Shown piece after piece: positions 1 to 11,348 of a DNA stretch of 64,000 nucleotides. The translations under genes and the position numbers were made by a program. The notes under the pieces were generated by a model. It had not been told where the DNA came from and did not search any database. It was given only the letters and a program-made list of their open reading frames with translations. How positions within the stretch are numbered: position 1 is the stretch's first letter; every line of letters starts with the position of its first letter. This DNA is from Lingula anatina (lineage: Eukaryota > Animalia > Brachiopoda): the NCBI GenBank assembly GCA_051362555.1, contig CM120646.1, positions 7,936,001-8,000,000 on the forward strand, read 5' to 3'.

Positions 1-121
1 GTTGTGGCGGTTGGTGGCAGTTTTATCGTTCCGGCAGCAAGCCCAAGGTTATTTGTATTGTTAAGGATACAACTCATCAACTTATTCCAAGTAATATCCA
101 AAATTTCCCTCGATGATAAAA

Positions 122-123
122 GT

Positions 124-182
<59 letters not shown>
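122..182. repeat. (GT)n(GA)n compound microsatellite
   Basis: Directly visible; a similar compound repeat lies at 16311-16404. Confidence 0.95.
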
Positions 183-185
<3 letters not shown>

Positions 186-875
186 AAACATCATCTCCTT
201 GTCACTAATCACAGAACAGTCTTTAGAGTACTTTCTACGTTTTAACCTCCATTTACATGACATATGTGACCTTTTACTCATAAAAAATGTAATCCAAACA
301 GATAATCATACATCACGGCACCATTTCTCCAGAATGATAAGACTAGTTCACTTATTCGTACTTAAAAATTCAGCTAACAATATATCACGGTAGATCTCAT
401 ACATTTAAAAAGAAATAAAGTGGATTATCCTTTTTAAATTGGACAGTGTTTTATTTAGTAGTGATGGTACATTGTCTTCGACTTTCAGGTTTTGTTAAAT
501 TTCGATATTTGCCAAAAATAAGGTTCTTATACAACAACCACTTCTACACCTATTTACTACTAACGTTGTATAGCGCAACCAGTATGTATAATTTAATTTT
601 GAGAAATCAGCAATGTGAATCATCTGTATCCTTAATTAAAGATATTACCAATGTACCAACACTACTAAATATACATATTGTGCTATGCTTATATCAGTCC
701 CGCTTGTCAAAACCACATGAAATGCTTAACATATTTCAATTAGATTTTCTTAATGTTTTAAATGCAACTTTATAAATCTAATAATATTATTTTCTTTCTT
801 CTTCATTTGGCAATTGATCGATTCAAGAGTGATTAATATAATTAACGTAGTGACACAAGGAAAAAATATAACTAC

Positions 876-3190
876 CTGTAGCTTTTGGAGATCTCGAGGT
901 TGTCGACGTTGAAGGAGCTGAAGTAAAGGATAAGATGATTAATGCATGTGTTTTATCACAGTCAAGTATTAGAAATAAGTACTATATTTGAAACGTTGTC
1001 AACGCCATAAACAGTTTACCGTGTTTCTAAAGTTTCCAAAAACTGTGCATACTTTTCTTCAGATTTAATATACATGTATTTATCCAACATTTCATTTTCA
1101 TGCTCCAGTTTAAAACAGTTGACAAAATTTTGCTAATAATTGAGTTTTTTTAGTAACTAGAGCGATTATAATATTTATCACTAACATAGGTATATGCCGC
1201 TATGCAGCAAGAAGTACTTCGACTATAATGCACGCATTTTCTCAATTACACATCCAAATTAATATCCATGTGTATACATACCGGCACTTTCAGGGACTAT
1301 GATACTTGTCTTGGTCTGACTTGTAAGGGAATCGTGCAGTAGTTGACAAATTACTTCAACTGGGTCTGCCTGGGTTGCCATTACTTCTACTTCACTTTCG
1401 ACCAGAAAGGTGTCTCCCTGGGGTGTCATCGTGTTCGCCGTTGCATTTATGGCGACCTCCATCTGATCAGAACTTTGCATTTTAAACCATTTTATCTCAG
1501 GTGCTGGTCTGCCGCCGTCAGAGGTACAAGATACCCGGTAGGTGTCTGTAGCGACTTGGGGTCCTCGTGTAATCTGGGGTGGATTAGGTCGATCTGTAAA
1601 ATGGTAAATTACGTAAAAAGAATAATTTTAGTATCGTTTAAGTCCCATTTCATAAAATTCTCCAAAGTTTAGGTATTTTAACCAAAGATATGTTATGAAT
1701 ATATATAGCTTACTACAACTTCACAAGAGCGTTAACTGCGATATCTCCCCTTCACTACAGTGTCTAAGGTTGGGTTTCTGTTGCTTTATGAATTTTTTAT
1801 AATTAATATTAGCATTGCAATAACTGTCATTTGGTTTGGATAATAAACCTGTTAATGTGAACCTATGATGTTTATAGGTACAAACTGTAAACTCGTTTTC
1901 ATTATTATTTTTTAGAAACTAAATGTTTCTATCAGGAAAATCAATATGTTGTTGGTGAAAAAATACCATCGTGATTTCTTCATATTAAATGCTCAGGTAA
2001 AATCTTTGTATAAATAATATCAATATCATCATATAGGTCATACTGACTTTTCACTTTTTTTTGGGGGGGGGGTTGATGAATTAGGCCTATGTCATCTATA
2101 TTTGACAAATAAAATACTTCATTGAATAAAAATCACCGTTTTTACCGTTTTGAGATTTGGCTTTAGTACGTTAAAATGGGTGTCAACGTTGTGTAAAATG
2201 TTTTAACAATGAACACAACTTTTTCCTCCCCCCCCCCCTCCCGCCCTTCAACCTATGATGAGAATAAAAACTGTTTAAAAAACAGGTAATTAAATAAATA
2301 CTAGCTTTCTGGTGGAGATAGAGTTGTGGGCTTCTAAATCATAATTAACTTTCAGTATTTTCTCTCAATAATTAAAAATCAAACATGCTAATACTTCAGT
2401 GATTTACTTACAGAGTAAACTAAGGATTTGCTCGTCAGTTGTCACGGTGGCTACATTGAATTCAGTGTTAACTCGACATCTATAGCTCCCCTCATCTGCC
2501 ATGGTGACTCCACCGATAGTTAACGTGAATGATGGATCTGAGCCTGAAGCCGTCACATCAGCTCTATTGAGATAGCTGTTGAATTTCCTGGAAGTTCCAT
2601 CAGATACCTGTATAGCTACTATTTGGTTTGCTGTGTCAGTTCCATCTTTGAAAAAAACCACATACGTCGCCGTCTCTCCGGGATCCACTGTGTAACTGCA
2701 CACAAGGTTTAGTGGTTGTGGGTTGCCGCCCTCAGGATTCATGACGTACCCATTGGCAGGCAAACCAGCTAATGTTACTTCTAACCCTAGAAGTTATCAT
2801 AAATTGATTATGTAGCTTGTAGCTTGTAACTTTGTAATTATAATTAAACAAAACTAGGTAGCTATGTTGCAGTCATTGAATATATCATGGACCTAATTAG
2901 GTCCATGAATATATGCACGGAATGGAAGGTGCAAGGCCTTAAGAGTGGAACAAAATTGAAGTTTAAAGATTCAAAAATAAAGTTTAAAGATAAGAATTGT
3001 TTATCCATATTGAATACGCTGGGATACTTGAGATAACCTAGTAAAAATTGTCTAAGAATATACGTAGGTGCAATAAATGGCCTTCAAACCGCTATATCTA
3101 CATCTATTTACCGCAAACGTGATGCACGTAAACCAGCAGAAAGAAACTCAACGCTGAAATTTGGACACATCTTCCAGAATCGGACGACAT
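876..3190 (-). CDS. Immunoglobulin-superfamily protein: signal peptide + V-type Ig + C2-type Ig + Ser/Thr stalk (nectin/CADM-like layout); 3' end not located in the window
   Basis: Coding exons 3190-3112 (MSSDSGRCVQISALSFFLLVYVHHVC, signal-peptide-like), 2786-2412 (LVCSY...FTLTIGGVTMADEGSYRCRV, V-set DxGxYxC), 1593-1282 (VSCTSDGGRPAPEIKWFK...VICQLLH) and 917-876 (APSTSTTSRSPKAT). All introns are GT-AG and phase 1, typical of IgSF genes. Confidence 0.88.
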
Positions 3191-4145
3191 CTTGTTGGAT
3201 TTCTTCTTCGCGCAGACCACACGACCGGGGGGTGTCAATGATTGTTTTTAAAGCGATGTAGGTTATCGGTTTTTATATGTGTATGTACTGATATGGTATA
3301 GCATAGACTTAATAAGATATGACTAAATACACTGTAAAAACAGTGTTTAGCATTTAAATACATACAACACACGTTAGGCACCTATACGCATTTAGAAATA
3401 TGTGTAAAAGCTAAGCACGTATAGCTTTTCAAGCGTTTCACAGAAGAAAAATCAAGACACGTTGGCAGTGTTACACGTTTAGCTATGTGTTTAGCTTCAT
3501 CGCTTTATGTTTCTACAATAAGTCTATCGCAAGCTAAGCACATTCACATTGTCTAAGCACCTCCCCTGCCTAGGATCCAAAATAAAGAGGATAAGACAGT
3601 GGCTCAAACTTCAAAGGGAGTCTCCCGCGGCGCGCGTCTCATGATGCCTTCGGGTTGGTACGGCGAGCCTCGTTTTCAAATGACCAGGTAGCTTGTCTAC
3701 GGCAGAGTGAAACGAAGGTCCCGCTTTAGTCGCGTTTTTTTCATTGTATCCGGAGAATTTCGTCAAAAGACAAGAGGAGCTGATTAAGGAATATGCAGTG
3801 AAGCACCGTGAGTATTTATATTGCAGTTTGTAGCTTCAATAGACAGTAATATCAATTTCAATATCCCCGTCCGTTAGATTTGCAAAGATGGCGGGCAAAT
3901 TTACACTGCCGTGCATGTTTACGCTCTCGTTGTTACTTGGCGGATGCACTTTCCGAATATTTGTCAATGCAGAGTTATTCGGAGTACAGTTTTGATATGG
4001 CAACACCTTGTAATGTGGGAAACGAAATAAGTTGGATTGTAAAAAGAGCGTAGAAATAGTGCCCCCAACGCCAATAATGACGGAGCGATAGTTCTGGGAG
4101 GTAGTTTACCTATACAAAAAAACTTTACATGGGACTGGCTTGCTA

Positions 4146-4459
4146 ATTTTAAACCCACATCTATATTGTACGTTTTATAACAAAAGACGTTACGATGGAT
4201 ATTAGTGGATTAGAGTTTTTATTCCAGAGATATCAAGGACTTAAATTGCCTAATCACTCTAAATTCAACATGGCCGAACGATGTAACGCCGCGGACCCCT
4301 TCTTTTAGATACAAATGCACACAAATATAACTGATATGTCTCATTTTAAACCTGCATCTATATTGTATGTTTTGGGACAAAAGACGTTACGATGGATATT
4401 AGTGGATTAGAGTTTTTATTCCAGAGATATCAAGGACTTAAATTGCCTAATCACTCTAA
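4146..4459. repeat. Direct repeat of ~117 bp, 2 copies (4146-4262, 4343-4459)
   Basis: caaaagacgttacgatggatattagtggattagagtttttattccagagatatcaaggacttaaattgcctaatcactctaa occurs twice, period 197 bp. Confidence 0.93.
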
Positions 4460-4599
4460 TGTCAACCTGGCTGAATGGTAAAAAACATGACCTTTTTCTT
4501 CATAAAAACATATATGTTATTTATTTTTTAACAATGTGGTCCAGAGTTAGTATAACACTGACTGGTCGGGTACATAGTAATACATATTTCTTTCCTCAG

Positions 4600-5426
4600 A
4601 TGCCAATTAAAAAGAGAAAGAAGACAGGCAAGAAGGTTAAGAATGCCCAGGCCAAGAAATATGGTAAATCAGCAAAGATTTCCAAAGACACAACTATTCA
4701 GGGACAAATGACAACAGTGGTAAAGGTTTTTGCATTGTGTATTATACAAATAACCAGGTGAATTTTATAAATGAAACAAAATGTTGCTGTTATATTCTTA
4801 TTTAATCTGCCAGCTTGCAACCAGAGTCTTTAATTTTGGAATGCTGTGAATGTGGTGTATATTATTATTATCATCTTAGATGCCTGTAACATTTAGTTAT
4901 TTATGATTATTATTAAAACTGGAGTTCTAAATGTTTCTTTCTTATGCAGAATGTGTCGTGTCACGTCAACAGTTCATTGACTCTGAGGATGACATGCCTT
5001 TGAGCAGTCTGAAAGATGTTTCTTCTGACAACTCAGAGACTCAACAGTCAAATGGTGAGAATTTTTTACAATGAATTGCTTCATTTTGATCTACCTTATT
5101 CCCTACAACATGAAATTTTAATTCTTAAGGTGCTCCATATCTAAGTGAACTTCCATCTTATTCAATCATTGAAATATTTCATTTTAGATGTTTAATTAAT
5201 TAAGATTAAGTTATAGATGTTTCCTCACCTCAGGTTGTCGGAATATTACTTGTTAATTTGCAGGTGTGAGTTATAAGAATGGAATTTAGAGCTTTAAATT
5301 TGTCTTTCTGTTCTTACATAGAGTGTGCTGTGTCACGTCAACAGTTCAGTGACTCTGAGGATGACATGTCTTTAAGCAGCCTGAAGGATGTTTCTTCTGA
5401 CAACTCAGAGACTCAACAGTCACATG
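4600..5426 (+). CDS. Small spliced ORF inside the nested transposon (basic NLS-like start, then two duplicated acidic exons); possibly a remnant accessory gene
   Basis: Exons 4600-4663 (MPIKKRKKTGKKVKNAQAKKY), 4950-5054 and 5322-5426 (both 105 nt, phase 1-1, ..DSEDDMPLSSLKDVSSDNSETQQS..). A possible next exon starts at 5643. Canonical ag/gt sites and consistent phases. Confidence 0.5.
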
Positions 5427-8400
5427 GTGAGAATCTTATACAATGAATTGCTTCGTTTTCATCTACTTTGTTCCCTACAACATGAAATTCATGAAGTGTT
5501 AGTCAGTTACATTAGTTCACTTATGAATAATCTTAAGGTGCCATTTAAATAGTTTTATATTTAAGGATATTCTATAGAATTTTCCAGTGACACCTTTATA
5601 AATTTTATTGTTTCCAATAACACATTTTCATTTTTCATTTAGGGTCCAGTATACCAACATTTTTTGACAGCCTGCAAACCTGTGCCACTGGGGATTGGCA
5701 CTTCATGAAGGGTCCATGTAAAGTGCATCTTTACAAGATGGTGTTCTTTTTTTTTAACTCTATAAGCCATGATTAATAGATAAATGGTGTTGTGGTGACA
5801 ATTTTGTTGATCATAAATGAAATGTTTTGAAGTTTTTTGGGGTTTCAATTTGTTGATAAACTTAGATAAGTAAATGTGTACAGGTTACATTTAACAGGCT
5901 GCATCTTATTGGGAAATTACAGTGATGAATTGCATGAACAAGTGAATTCGTTTAATAAACTTATTTGAACTGTACATCTGGATTTTTTCACTTAGTGTTT
6001 AGGGGGAGAGAGAACTTTCAAGGGATATTAACTGTTCATTTTGGCCAAAAAATGGCTTTTCCTGGGGTAAAGGACAATTAACCCGTGCTAACCAATGGTT
6101 TGTGAATTCATTCTGACATTCAAAGTTAGTCCCTGATTTTTTTTCTAAAAGTTTTCTTTTTGTAGTATTTTCTTAAGAGATTATTACAGAGTGCAGACAT
6201 CTATGGAGAACACACAAAGTGATGGCAAGCATAGATTTCAGAATAATTTGATTAACCGCTGTTGTTGTGGTATAATAGCATTTATTTTATTTCTATGATC
6301 AATGCATTCATTGTGAAATTTGGATCTCTTAGACAGTTAAATGACAGTACAACGCAACAGAAGAATGCAACAAACCCAATGTCTATTCAATCTATCAAAT
6401 TACACAAGAAATCTGAGTTGAGTGTAAAAAGATTGCTAAAGAATTTCCTTTACAAGATACAGTAACTATTTCCTAACAAATCATCTACTTAACACGCCCT
6501 AAATAATTTCCAATTTTTAAGTCACCAGCATTGTTGAACATCATTGGTGAAATAGCTTATCTGTATGTTGTGATCTATTAAGTACGTTCTGTTAATTATC
6601 TTAAGTTTGTTTGTCACAGCGACACTCCGAGCTTGGCCTTCGCCGACAATTTGCTGTTATTGTCCTTCTTGGAATCTTCTAACAAAAACATATTTTACGT
6701 ACAATAATGTAACATGATACGAAGTGAACACTTCATGTCGCATAGATAATTCAAAAATCGCCGGAACGACTGGCAAAACCAATGCACATTGTCATCTATT
6801 TCATGTCTGCGTGTTACAATTACCTGTTATAGCCCTTTTTTCTTCTTGTCTGAAAGCATGCTGTTCTTCATAATATTCCAGTGACAACTTTATTTTTTGT
6901 TAAACACAATATCAAAAAAGAACGTTATGGTATACAGACCCATTTTTTAATACTTCCTGCAATATTTAACGTTAAAACATTTCACGAAATCAACCGCGTT
7001 TTGAAACTTACAACCAACATGGCGGACGGGAACGTAGCAACCGCGAGAATATACGGTAATGTGCGATCTGAACTGCCTGTGCACGCTTCGTCACGCTAGC
7101 CTGACCACACGCTGTCTAAGCTATCAAAACAGCTTAACTAGACAATAGGGGAATGTTTACCCGAAGGTATCATGGTTCAAAGGCGATTTGCCGCTTTCTT
7201 ATCCTCTTTATTTTGGATCCTAGACTAAAACAACTGAAACCCGTACCATCTTAAAGTTAAGCAAATACACCCTACATTTAATAGGCGTCAAACGCGTCAA
7301 AGCGTGTAACATGTTAGGGAGCTTAACGTGCTAAACGTGCCTAGGGGCTAAAAGCGTCGAAAAATGAGACAAAACAGGCGCTTAGAAATGTGTTTTAGTG
7401 CTAAACACTGTTTTTACAGTGTAGGCATGTACCCAGCAATTTTAAGGGGGGGAGGTCATTTTCCGAAAAGGGGGACCTTTAACCATGAAATCTTCTTGTA
7501 CTGAGATCAAATTTTACTCAGAGAGGACCTTTTTCCGACAGAAAGGGCGACGCATCCAGTCTCTTCGCCCCCAATAATAAAGGTGAATTCACCATGCATC
7601 CATTGCATGATTTATCAAAAACTTTCTCAAACAAGGTCAGCTCAACCATCCCAATAGTCAGACATAAGATTAGCTCTTTGGAGCTACTCAAGTATTGTAT
7701 CGATTTTGACGTCTGCCAGCTTAACTATTTAGAGTAGACAGAGATAACAGGATACTTATGGTCAGGTCATCAAAAAGGATAATATATGAATACTTCTGTT
7801 TCAAGAAAAATGTCAAGAAACAACTGCACTGTTGTCATAGGACTTCAGCCAATCGCTTTCCACAATAAATACTTCAAAAATGTCTCAAATTGACAAGGTT
7901 TACTATAACAAAAAATGTCCATACTTTTTCTTAGATACAGCCAAATGACAGTGTGAGAGAAAGTGATCGGTAAGAGAATTACCATACTGGTTTTATTCCA
8001 GAGTTTCGATTTTAAAAAATGAATTACTAAACTCGTATTAGTGAGTCGACTTCAACTTATCCATTAATTTTGCCAAAGACAAACAAACTTAATATATTCA
8101 AACATTTTATTCATTTGCTTTCAACCAAACTACGTACAATTGAACCAATGCACTGGACTTGTGTCGATTTTAAAACTCACGGAAATTTACATTTCTACTG
8201 AAAACATATACACAAATTGTAAAGTTAAGAAGTTCACTGATAACACTTAAAATAACAAATAATTCTTTCGAAACCCTAGTACTTTTTTCCAGGTTTTAAA
8301 GCTAAAATTGCACATTTTTTTTTCGTCTCTTTGTGTGAAATGAATGAAAATCTTAGATTACTTAAAAACTTGAAATTGCACATTACACACTTTTGGTTGA

Positions 8401-9368
8401 TAACCAAAGCTAAACTATCGCAACGTCATCCAACTCATAACAGCACCTAGCACAATGTCATCAAGCACACCTAACGCACTTGCCAGCAGAATCTCCTCTC
8501 AACACGCCAGTTCTGTACTGCCTTTTTTGTCATAAGTACTTTACTTACTCTTCATTTGGTAAATTGCACAATATACTTTTACTTTTACAATGCCTGTTCA
8601 CTCATGGTGAGATCCATATTCATGCCATCTCTAACACTATAGTTCCATAATATGCAAGGCCATATTTAATTGTTAAAATTCTTAACAGTGTTGCTTACTA
8701 AAAACATTCCATGATTACAAATCTGTAATTATAGCATCATACAAAAAGCTAACATGCCTTCAAACAAACCCTAACAGAGTACATGGTACAAGTCAAGTCA
8801 TGGCCATACTTCATTGTGGTGAATGGTTTTCTAGTAAGATTGTCCTTTATAAGATGATCTATTTTTATATCAAATAAAAAAATTGAGAAAATAATGAAAT
8901 GAAGTTTGAATCTGTCAGATAAATTAAAACACACTTTGATACAAAGCAACAGCTGTCAAATGTACTGTGTACAAAAACTATTTCTATCCTAAAATAGAAG
9001 GCATATCTATGAATTGAGACTTCACAAGTCAAATTACAGTCTTTGTCAAAAGGAAAGTATAAAAGCTGTTATAAAAATGGTTACACAATTCATTTCTGTA
9101 TGGAAACTAGCAGTGGCACTGCTACACATCCAAATCTTTTGAGTTACCAATGGTGAAATTGTAGAGAAAACCTACAACAATCAAGTTTTAGAAATGCTAC
9201 CTTATAAAATATAATGACTTCAAAACCAAAATAATTGATATTAAACAACCAGCATTGCTGGCAAAATATGTCATGTAACTAGGTTGTAGCCTATTGAAAA
9301 AGAAAATGAATAAAAATTAACAGTATTCAAAGGTTTTGCTGTGGTGAGCCTCAGTGTGTATGTAGTGG

Positions 9369-11348
9369 TCAGTCTTTACTACACATGTACTCCCTGTGGT
9401 GAGCCTCAATGTGTATGACCATGCGATCAGTCCTAGTTGACCTATAACTACACAACTTACACTGATAAGACCTGTTCATAAATCCTGTGTTGTTATAGTC
9501 CTGGATCTTAAAGAACAGGTGTCTCACATGACGTGCCTTGTCCACTCGTAATCCCTGCTCGTTATAAGCTGCCTGACCTCTAGGAATGTCCACCCCGTCC
9601 AGTCCATGCTGTTTTTTGCGGTGCTGGGCAAGATTTGAGTATGTACTGAATTTAACATTGCACCCATCACAAGGATAACTACGAATGTTGAAGTGTTTGA
9701 ACTCGATGTGGTCAATCATGCGATCTTTGCGAGATGAAACAGCATTGCACAGACGACACTCAAATTTTGGTTTGCGTCGTCCAGATTCGTTGTCTATAAT
9801 TGTCAGCTCCCTGTAAAATTCCTTATAGCGTTCCTTTCTCTGGTCTCTCTCTTCTTTGTTCAGAAATGTACCTTTGGGCTGATATGAAGTGAAAAATGAA
9901 CTTACTGGTGCAGATGAGTTCAAGTCCTCTGAATTCCGTACATCCTGGTGAGGAAAAGCACCATGTGGAGGGAAAACTGTAGAGCCATTTTCAAAGCTGT
10001 GTCGTCTTTGCACAGGGTCTTGCTGCAGAGCTGCCCCATGCAGATTTCGACCAATGAAATTCTCAAAGAAATGTTCCGAGTTCATGCCTGATAATGCTGC
10101 TAGACTGTTCACTGCAGAATCAATGGTGGGTGTAGGATGAGATGAGGTCACTTTAGTAGTGGGACTGATTTCTCTGTGATCATGAACCTGATTTCCGTTT
10201 GGGCTCATCATGGATGAATCTACACTGGTGTCACCACCTACGGGTGAGAAATCATGTGTATCGAGATTCTGTCCTTCAGAGTCAGATGAGTTTGTAACAT
10301 GACAGGATTCAAAGTCCTCCTCATGTGGCTCTTCTTTCACAGTCACAGATGCGGTGTCGCTGTCCCCCTCTGAGCTGGGAGAGTGGAGGCCGTTTCTGTT
10401 CATGCTTTCATGTGACTTGTGATCAATATTGCTGTCTTTGGTGCTGACATCAATGTCATTTTTGGTATCTTCCATGCTATGGCAGACACTCGTGGTGTGA
10501 GACTCTGTCTTTTCTGTTTCCTCATTGTCATGTCCTTGTACAGTCACTGAAATCTTTAGCTTACTGCTGCTGTCATTTTCCTTTGGTTCACGTCCAGATT
10601 CAACCATTTCAGTAATTTCTCCCACTTCAACACTATTGCAACGGACTGGGTTCCTAGTATTACTGCTACTACTACTTACTGTTGGTTGCGACACAGGTAC
10701 AGCAGCAGAGCTTTGGGAGTCAACTGTATGTCCATTCTGTACAGAGGCAACTGCTGCAGCACGCACTGCATTAGCCAACCAGGGACGAGATAACAGATTT
10801 CTGGGACGAGGGTTCACGACCTTCCTGGGTTTACGAAGGATCTGTTTTGAAGCAAGCGGCAGAGTTTCTCTTCCAACTGATCGCTGAATACTGCGAAGAA
10901 TCTGTTCTGACCTGGTGGCTGGTTGGGATGGGGGTTGTCTTGGCTGAGGTAGCGGTGAGGAGGTCACCACTCCAGCTGGGAGAACTGATGTAGGAAGTGT
11001 TGGGAACGCAGACTGTCCATACGATGGAATCACACTCAGTGGTGGATACAGTGGTAACCCTGGATTCTCGCTGGGCCGTGGGAAGTTCTGCTGAAGTGCT
11101 GCCCTCTGGTGAGAAGTCACAGGGGTCAGAGGCGAAGACGTTGCCTGTCCATTAGAATCTGCTACCTCACTCCTACAGCTGCTACCATTAAAGACGGTGT
11201 TTGTCTTTACTCCAGAGAACTGTCGGCTAAATACTTTATCCTCTTCACTGTCTTGGATAACAAACTTTACGTTGAGAGTCCCTAGTACGATGTTGGTCTG
11301 CACACCAATTTCTCTGTGAGAGTTGGAAACCTCCATGGCAGCTGGCAT
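9369..11348 (-). CDS. C2H2 zinc-finger protein, 659 aa, single coding exon; long disordered N-terminus and three C-terminal fingers
   Basis: ORF with CRLC..HIEFKH, CDGC..HRKKQH, CKLC..HIEAHH. Acceptor-like site and Kozak context ttcaag|CCCACCATG at 11355-11346. Candidate polyA signal at ~8106-8111. Confidence 0.92.
   Translation of the reverse strand: MPAAMEVSNSHREIGVQTNIVLGTLNVKFVIQDSEEDKVFSRQFSGVKTNTVFNGSSCRSEVADSNGQATSSPLTPVTSHQRAALQQNFPRPSENPGLPLYPPLSVIPSYGQSAFPTLPTSVLPAGVVTSSPLPQPRQPPSQPATRSEQILRSIQRSVGRETLPLASKQILRKPRKVVNPRPRNLLSRPWLANAVRAAAVASVQNGHTVDSQSSAAVPVSQPTVSSSSSNTRNPVRCNSVEVGEITEMVESGREPKENDSSSKLKISVTVQGHDNEETEKTESHTTSVCHSMEDTKNDIDVSTKDSNIDHKSHESMNRNGLHSPSSEGDSDTASVTVKEEPHEEDFESCHVTNSSDSEGQNLDTHDFSPVGGDTSVDSSMMSPNGNQVHDHREISPTTKVTSSHPTPTIDSAVNSLAALSGMNSEHFFENFIGRNLHGAALQQDPVQRRHSFENGSTVFPPHGAFPHQDVRNSEDLNSSAPVSSFFTSYQPKGTFLNKEERDQRKERYKEFYRELTIIDNESGRRKPKFECRLCNAVSSRKDRMIDHIEFKHFNIRSYPCDGCNVKFSTYSNLAQHRKKQHGLDGVDIPRGQAAYNEQGLRVDKARHVRHLFFKIQDYNNTGFMNRSYQCKLCSYRSTRTDRMVIHIEAHHREYMCSKD

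Larger units (their letters stand above)
3574..7219. mobile_element. Nested ~3.6-kb TIR element with degenerate gene remnants; superfamily unassigned
   Basis: CTAGGATCCAAAATAAAGAGGATAAGA at 3570-3596 is inverted at 7197-7223. The target duplication can be read as CTAG or TA. Ends are CpG-rich. No intact transposase ORF seen. Confidence 0.78.
3330..7421. mobile_element. Non-autonomous TIR DNA transposon with CACTG ends (CACTA/EnSpm-like), TA-flanked, interrupted by a nested element
   Basis: CACTGTAAAAACAGTGTTTAGCA at 3330-3352 is the exact reverse complement of 7399-7421. TA on both sides (3328-3329, 7422-7423). Short subterminal repeats (gctaagcacg/gctaaacgtg-like). Superfamily is inferred from the termini only. 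Confidence 0.8.

Noticed and set aside
4-775. ORFs 4-393 and 446-775 (+), and an open minus-strand frame over 1-115
   Set aside because: Microsatellite-driven or low-complexity translations antisense to the Ig gene; no convincing acceptor for the minus-strand piece.
7424-7575. Possible further MITE end next to the outer transposon
   Set aside because: G-rich and repeat-like, but no partner TIR or TSD was found.
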